DNA from: Chara braunii
Taxonomy: Eukaryota > Plantae > Charophyceae
Direction of reading: 5' to 3'
Length of the DNA: 55,076 nt
NCBI GenBank assembly: GCA_003427395.1
Contig: BFEA01000004.1
Location: forward strand, 8,428,303 to 8,483,378
Part shown: positions 48,303 to 55,076 of the stretch, one piece after another
Position numbering within the stretch: the stretch's first letter is position 1
Layout of the letters: each line of letters begins with the position of its first letter
Translations under genes and position numbers: made by a program
The notes under the pieces: model-generated
The model's input: only the letters and a program-made list of their open reading frames with translations
What the model was told of the DNA's origin: nothing
The model's database searches: none

Positions 48303-48660
48303 CTGAAGGGATCATTTGCAAAATACCCCCATAAGTTGAGATATATGCCAAAATGCCTCTGAATCATGTGGATAGAGGGGAATCCCCCTCTGAGGAAAAA
48401 AAAAACAATTAGTGAATTACCCCTCGTGCCGGTTGGACCCCCCATCTTTGCGATACAACTTTGCACCAACTTTTCCAAGGCCTGGTCAAAAGGCCAAGGC
48501 CCAAACGGCAAGGTCCAGATTGCAAATTTGCACACCCACCTGACAGGGGCACAACACAAAGATTTCGGCCCGTAAGGACATTCCACCCTACCCACATCTT
48601 TCAGGGGCATTTTGGCATATATCTCAATGTACGGGGGTATTTTGCAAATTATCCCTTCGA
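48303..48660. mobile_element. MITE with ~80 bp TIRs
   Basis: gaagggatcatttgcaaaataccccc...gagatatatgccaaaatgcc is inverted at ~48580-48658. Confidence 0.75.
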
Positions 48661-48899
48661 TAAAACAAACAAAAGGGAAAATTGCATCTGTACACTGTAC
48701 CCCACTTAAACCGCAAATACACGGCCCCAGCCTTGCAGAAAGTTTTTGTCGCCACAAGCAAAACTCGGAGGGGCTGCGCAGCGTGGGGCGCCATTGAAAA
48801 AACAAATCTGCTGCCTCCAAAGTGGTGCGGGTTTCATGCTGACACCCGCGGGCGGATGTGTGGTGTACTGGTGCTTTAAAGATGGGAATAGCCGCTATA

Positions 48900-49470
48900 C
48901 CCAGTCCCAGCGCCCAACTTGCATCTATACGCAGAGCCCGTTCAACTTCGCATAGTACCCGACTTTTCCCCTGTGCAAAATTGCAGGCATACCCAGCCCC
49001 GGAGGTCCTGCGCCAGTCCCAGCGCCCAACTTGCATCTATACGCAGAGCCCGTTCAACTTCGCATAGTACCCGCCTTTTCCCCTGTGCAAAATTGCAGGC
49101 ATACCCAGCCCCGGCGGTCCTGCATTCCACTCAACGGAATTATGCCCATGCCCAGAAACGGGCTGGCAAAATTGCTGGTGTACCCACAGTCAGGGGTGGG
49201 CCTTGGATGGCAACCACAAAGTTATGCTCATGCCCACTGCTGGGTATGAGCATAATTTCAGGCATCCGGTAGTAGAGTATATGAAAAATTTAGGGTCTGT
49301 CTCTTATACACATCTAGATGTGTATAAGAGACAGGTTCAACTTTGCATAGTACCCGACTTTTCCCCTGTGCAAAATTGCAGGCATACCCAGCCCCGGAGG
49401 TCCTGCGCCAGTCCCAGCGCCCAACTTGCATCTATACGCAGAGCCCGTTCAACTTCGCATAGTACCCGCC
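48900..49470. repeat. 112 bp repeat units (some copies adapter-flanked); related sequence at ~4260-4330
   Basis: ccagtcccagcgcccaacttgcatctatacgcagagccc recurs. Confidence 0.75.
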
Positions 49471-49627
49471 CTGTCTCTTATACACATCTAGATGTGTATA
49501 AGAGACAGAATTTAGGGTATATGAAAAATTTGGCCGGTCCACCTCAGAGCCGGGTATGCCTATAATTTTGCCTGGGTATGTCCATAATGTTGTCTCTTAT
49601 ACACATCTAGATGTGTATAAGAGACAG

Positions 49628-49990
49628 CCCAAAGACTTCTAACTGTTGTGGACCTGGTCCAACAGAGGCGTTAGCATCGTCCCACTCTGGGTGAGTACCA
49701 GAACACATCACTGTCGAGAGCAGCTGTCTGGATGCCCTTCACTCACCCCGAAGGTTTCTAACTGCTGTGGACCTGGTCCAATAGTGGCGTCGGTGTAGAC
49801 CTGGTCCAATACTGGCGTCCATATCTTTGCTGTGGGTGAGTACCAGAACACATCACTGTCGAGAGCGGGTGTCTGGATGCCCTTCACTCACCCCAAAGGT
49901 TTCTAACTGCTGTGGACCTGGACCAATAGTGGCGTCGGTGTAGACCTGGTCCAATACTGGCGTCCATATCTTTGCACTCCGGGTGTACCA
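49628..49990. repeat. Tandem ~120-145 bp repeats
   Basis: ttctaactgctgtggacctggtccaa / ggtgagtaccagaacacatcactgtcgagagc recur. Confidence 0.75.
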
Positions 49991-50772
49991 GAAGACAACA
50001 CTCGAGACGGGCTGTGTGGACAGTGGAAAAAGTGGAAACACTCACCCTAAAGTGGAAAAACTCACCCCAAAGGGTGAGTGTTTGCAAAGTCCGCCCCCAC
50101 CACAAATCACCTGTGCAGTCTGGGAAACCAGGCAGTGAGGAGTACCCACCATGCTCTGTTTTCCGCTGTTTTCACATTGGGTTTTCTGTTTTCACATCGA
50201 GTTTCATATTTTTTTCACATTGGGTTTAGGATCACCAACAGCAGTGTATGGTGAGTAGTGCAGCGAGGCCCATAGAGTCACACAGCACTTTTTTTTAGCA
50301 TTTTCTGCCCTCCCTCTAATGGCCTTCCTTTTTTTTTCCTGCCCTGCTGTTTTCATGAAACAATTTCTCTTTCTCCCCTTTGAAACACTGGGAAACACCA
50401 CGGCTTAGCAGGCCCCAGAATTGCATTCGCGATCACATCCAGCTGCCTCATGCCACGGCTCAGCAGGCCCAAAATTGCAATGCCAAAGTACGATTTTGGT
50501 GGTTGAAGGGCAAAGTGTGACTGTAAGCCCGTAGCAAGTTTCGTGAATTTCGGAAAAGAAAGGTCCTGGTGTGAGTGAATAGCCTTCAAAGTTCCGCTGG
50601 CTGATTTTTGTTTTCACATTCTTTGCCGATACTTTTCTACTTGACAGTTATTTGGGGTTGAGTGTAGGTTGAGTGTTGGTTGTTTCATCAAACAGTCCCC
50701 AAGTCTACAGATGGCTGAACCACAGCAGTCCGAGCCCCTACGTGGCATAAACAATCGCAACTCTCTTCCCCC

Positions 50773-50824
<52 letters not shown>

Positions 50825-50955
50825 GTCTCTTATACACATCTAGATGTGTATAAGAGACAGGTATCACTGGATCCAGTGACCAGTTTCCGCTGTGGACTTC
50901 AAGGCAACTTCAGGACACGAAGGGGTTGAAGCCGAAGGCCTAACTTTAGTGAGTN

Positions 50956-51016
<61 letters not shown>

Positions 51017-53096
51017 CGTCAGTGTGTGTGTGCATGCCTGGACAAAGAAATAAAACCAACCCTGCCAGATGGCAATGTGACCCACGTTGGAACACAGCAG
51101 GAGGAGAAGCAGCAAAAGAGAGAAAAAGGAGGTGTAACACTTCGCAAAGCATCACATGGCAGCAAGAAGAAGCAGAAGAGGAAAGGTGGGAAGGAAGAGG
51201 GGGGAAGCAGGCGGACAAGGAGGAGGTGGAGGAGAAGGAGAAGGAGAAGGAGAAGAAGAAGCAAAAAAGGGGTTTCGGGCCAGGCGTCACGTGGCCGCAC
51301 GGTCATCCCGAGAAAATCGGGTAGAAACACAAGGGAGAAGGAAAGGAAGGCGGAACGGGATAGAGGCACAAGCAGTGTGGTCCTCGCAAAAGGAGAGGGC
51401 CGGGGGACAAAAGAGAAAAAGAAGAAGCAGATGAAGGAGACGGGGAAAATCGCAACAGAGCGGTAAGGTAACAACGGGGGAAGGAGTCGAGGAGGTTGAA
51501 TAGGAGAGCGGGAGAGTACGCTTGTAAACAAAACAAAAAAAAATAAACAAAAAAAAAAAAGTCTAACTAAAACAAATTAGTAATGTGCTACTATGTGGCA
51601 AGCCTAGAATACCCTCTCCCGGTTTTCTGTCATTCCCTCCTCTGTTGGCATTTCCTCCGCTTCCTCCTCCTGCTCGTCCTCCTGTGCTGATTTTTCTGTG
51701 GAAACCACTATAAACGTTCCACGACGGTAAAACATTTATTTCTTCCTCTTCTTCCTCACTCTTACTAGGATCCCAACCAACGTACCTGCGACGTCACGTG
51801 ATGAACCACCCCTTCCTCGTCTTCATATCGTCACCTTCTCCTCCTCCTTCCTCTTGTTCTCACCTTCTCCTCCTTCCTCCTCTTCTTGTTTCTAGTTCTT
51901 CCTCCTCCTGTTGCTACGCTATTGATTGTTTCACTACGGAGACTCCCGCCACACCGCATGGCGCGCACCGCCTCCTTTCTTCTTAATCACTATCTTCTTT
52001 TTCTTCTTCTGCTCCTTCTTCCCCTCTGCTCCTACCCGAGCACGTCGGCTACGTGGTACAACGAAACCCGCCTCCCCCTCCATGTACAGTACCGTCTCCT
52101 TCTCCTCCACCTGCTCATATCTTCTTCCTCCTCCACGCCCTCCAGGTCTGACGTGCCTTCCATGTGCCATGATAGAGCCCTCCTAATCTAATCTTCTTTC
52201 TAGTTCTCCTTCACCTCCACTCCTACTGCTCATCCTTCGGAAACCTAAACGCGACCTCACACTCCTACGGTCACGGCATGACTGTCGTCTGGCGTTACGA
52301 CGCCTTGCTTCACCTCACATCTTTGGCTCTTCTCCTTCTTCTTCTTCCCGCTCCTCCACCTCCGCTTTTCATGTCCTTGAAAGGCCCTCGCCCGTCTTCT
52401 TTCACATGACATGGCAAAGCCCTCCTCCTCATCTTTTTCTAGCTCTACTTCGTCGACTTTAATCCTAAATCAAATCTTCCTCATCCTCCGGAAACCTAAA
52501 CGCGACCGCCACATCGGGCTGTACAGAGTTGACCCTCCGAATACAATTTCTTTCTCCTTCTTCTTTACGGCATTCCTCACACTCCTGCGGTCACGTCATG
52601 ACTGTCACCTGGCACGACGACGCCTGCCTTCACCTCATATCATTGGCTCTTCTTCTTCTTCTTCCCACTCCTGCTCCGCTTTTCATGTCCTTTCAAACCC
52701 CCTCGCCTGTTTTCTTTCACGTGGGATGGACAATCGTGAGCGAATGGTTCGTTTGAAAGGGATGAAAGTATGATGGCACAAGAAGAAGGGAGACGAAAAA
52801 GAAAAGAAGAGGCGACGAATGAGAAGGAGGTGGAGGAGGTGGACGTGAAAAAGAAAAACAAAGAAGAAGAATAAGAAGAGGGGGAGGGGAGGGGGAGGGG
52901 AGGGGGAGGAAGAAGAAGAAGAAGAAAAGAAGAAGAAGAAGAAGAAGAAGAGGGAGAACGAGAGGAGGGAGAGCCAGGAAGCGAAGAGAGGAGGACGAAC
53001 AAGCAGAAAGAAGACAAGAGCGAGGATACTATAGATTGAGGTAATCAGAGGGCAGAAGACAGCAGTAGTAGATTTTGCATCAAAGACGACTGATAG

Positions 53097-53145
<49 letters not shown>

Positions 53146-53195
53146 GTCATGTTCGACATACATAAGTGTACAAAAAACGTATGCCTGTGTGTGTG

Positions 53196-53248
<53 letters not shown>

Positions 53249-54890
53249 ACAGACAGACAGACGGACCGATCTGAGCAAGGACTAGCACTCTCGCAATGCA
53301 CGGGGATGTAGACGCGCGTGTTTGTGCCCTAGGGAAACACAAACAATCACGAGGAGACGACAGGGAACAAAACTGTTGCCCGAGGCAAAAACACCAGCTA
53401 CCTCCATTAGCAAGTTGAGACGGGATGGCCTACTAGAAACTAACAAGCGCGGCGTTCAACATTTGCGAACACTCGTGCGCGCAACCGCGACCGATCACGC
53501 ATACAACACGCATACCCCTTACCCCCTCCTGCCCACATCCAACTGCCCCTGCCCAAGCACAGGCACTCACAGGTAAAGACACGCAGCCACATACAGAGAC
53601 AGAAGACCAACAAGGAGGGCACCACACACACACACCTCCCACTTTCACTTGCCCCCGCCAAGCACAGACACTCACAGGTCACGACACGCGGTCACGCACA
53701 GAAACCGACGACCGTCATGAAGAGCGACACACACATAAATACGTACTTCTGGCGGGCCGGCGCCAAATCCTTTGGCCACGTGCGCTGCAAGTTAATTCCA
53801 ATCTCGATGTGCCTGTCCACACTCGTCGCCGGAGGACTCCGCATCAGCGTTAGTGGCAGTGGCAGACCGCTAAATCCTGGCCGTCCGACCGCGAGCTGTC
53901 AGTGGCCAGCCCGTTCTTCGTTCGTAACCATGCCGTTCGATCCGGACCCTGTGTTCAGAGAGGATGTTCGCGGCCGATTCCTCTCCGCAGCAGTGAAGGG
54001 TGATCGCGGCAGTGAGCGGACAACGGTTGGATTGGCTAACCAACCGTCGACGATGCGTCTCACGCTTGCTTGGACCGTCTTTGTGTCAACCCCCCTCACC
54101 TCCCCCTGCCCTCATCCATGCCCGCAACGCCGGGCTCCTCTTCGTCCGTTTGTCCCATGGTCCAGGAGTCCCCAAAGCCATCCAGCGGAAAGGAGCGGGC
54201 CCTAAAAAAGAAGGGGCTTCGGCTGAGGGCGGTAAGAGAGCCTTTCCGTTCTATGGGTGGGAAGTTCCACCTGCTGGAAAACGTGTCCAGCGCCCCGAAA
54301 TGATATATCAGAAGACAAATCATAAAGCACTGGGGTAATTAGCTTAGCTCGAGTTGTCTTGTCACCAAGAACCCTCTCAGCTCAAGGCTACCTAAAAGAG
54401 AACTTCCCATAACGTGGTTCTACATGATTGTGATCCAACTAAACATCTTGGTTCCAGTTGGCACCACTCTAATCAATTCGACCACTAACGTCTTCACCCA
54501 AAAATAATGCTCGGGCATTATATTCAACTTACCCTAAAAAAATCGAAGTTTTGTTTTTACTCTTTTTTTTGAAATACAACACCTTTTCGAATATAACGTC
54601 TGGGCTTTATATTCGAATGGAAAGTCTGGGCGTTATATTTGAATGTTCCATGGAGAGAGTGCCTTGTAGAGGGAGTATACATGGGTTTTAAAAAGGGTTG
54701 AAAGGGGGGTTTACTTCCAAAGGGTATGTTTTTGTTTGATTTTTTGTTTTCTTTTTATTTCTTGGAAGGTCGGTGTGAACTACACGAATGGGCAGTAAGA
54801 GCATCCCCTCCTTTGCAAATTTGTTTTCGTTTTTTATTTCTAGATTTATAAGGAATTCTGAAGTGACCATCTGCCAAAAGTTGGTTGCGT

Positions 54891-55076
54891 TGTCGGGGCA
54901 AATACCCTGACAAGGGTATTTGCCGGGTTTTTTCAACATCGAACGCTGTCCGACTTTTTCGCTTAAACCACCACTACCTCCGACCCTTTTTTGCCGAGCC
55001 TGAATTTTACTGCGCACCGAGTTTTGCCGAGCCTGGGCAGTTGCGTCTGTGAAAGAACATAAAAACGAAAAAAAAA
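54891..55076. mobile_element. Probable left end of an element related to the one starting at 21948
   Basis: tgt + hairpin caaataccct.acaagggtatttg + T-run, shared with 21948-21990. Confidence 0.45.

Noticed and set aside
50946-53342. Multiple overlapping ORFs
   Set aside because: Low-complexity purine/pyrimidine tracts and microsatellites, with no protein signal

Overview
Eukaryotic, repeat-saturated nuclear DNA with no recognisable host protein-coding gene. The plant-type U6, plant-mitochondrial trnK/atp6 fragments, TTTAGGG-like tracts and chromoviruses suggest a streptophyte, possibly a charophyte alga such as Chara (inference). The window is a nest of decayed transposons: several L1/Tx1-type LINEs, a chromodomain Ty3/gypsy element split by a ~7 kb insertion, two copies of a TGT...ACA element with 4-bp TSDs carrying an unknown conserved ORF, SINE/LINE tails, MITEs and minisatellites. 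It also holds a U6 retrocopy interrupted next to the ACAGAGA box, small NUMT and rDNA scraps, and six Nextera mate-pair adapter artefacts. The standout is a small non-coding element at 5150-5613 (minus strand): a 390-nt unit bounded by type III hammerhead ribozyme motifs and embedded in (TG)n microsatellite, which resembles a retrozyme or circular-RNA retroelement. A structured, covarying 3'-UTR module shared by divergent LINE families is the second most notable signal.
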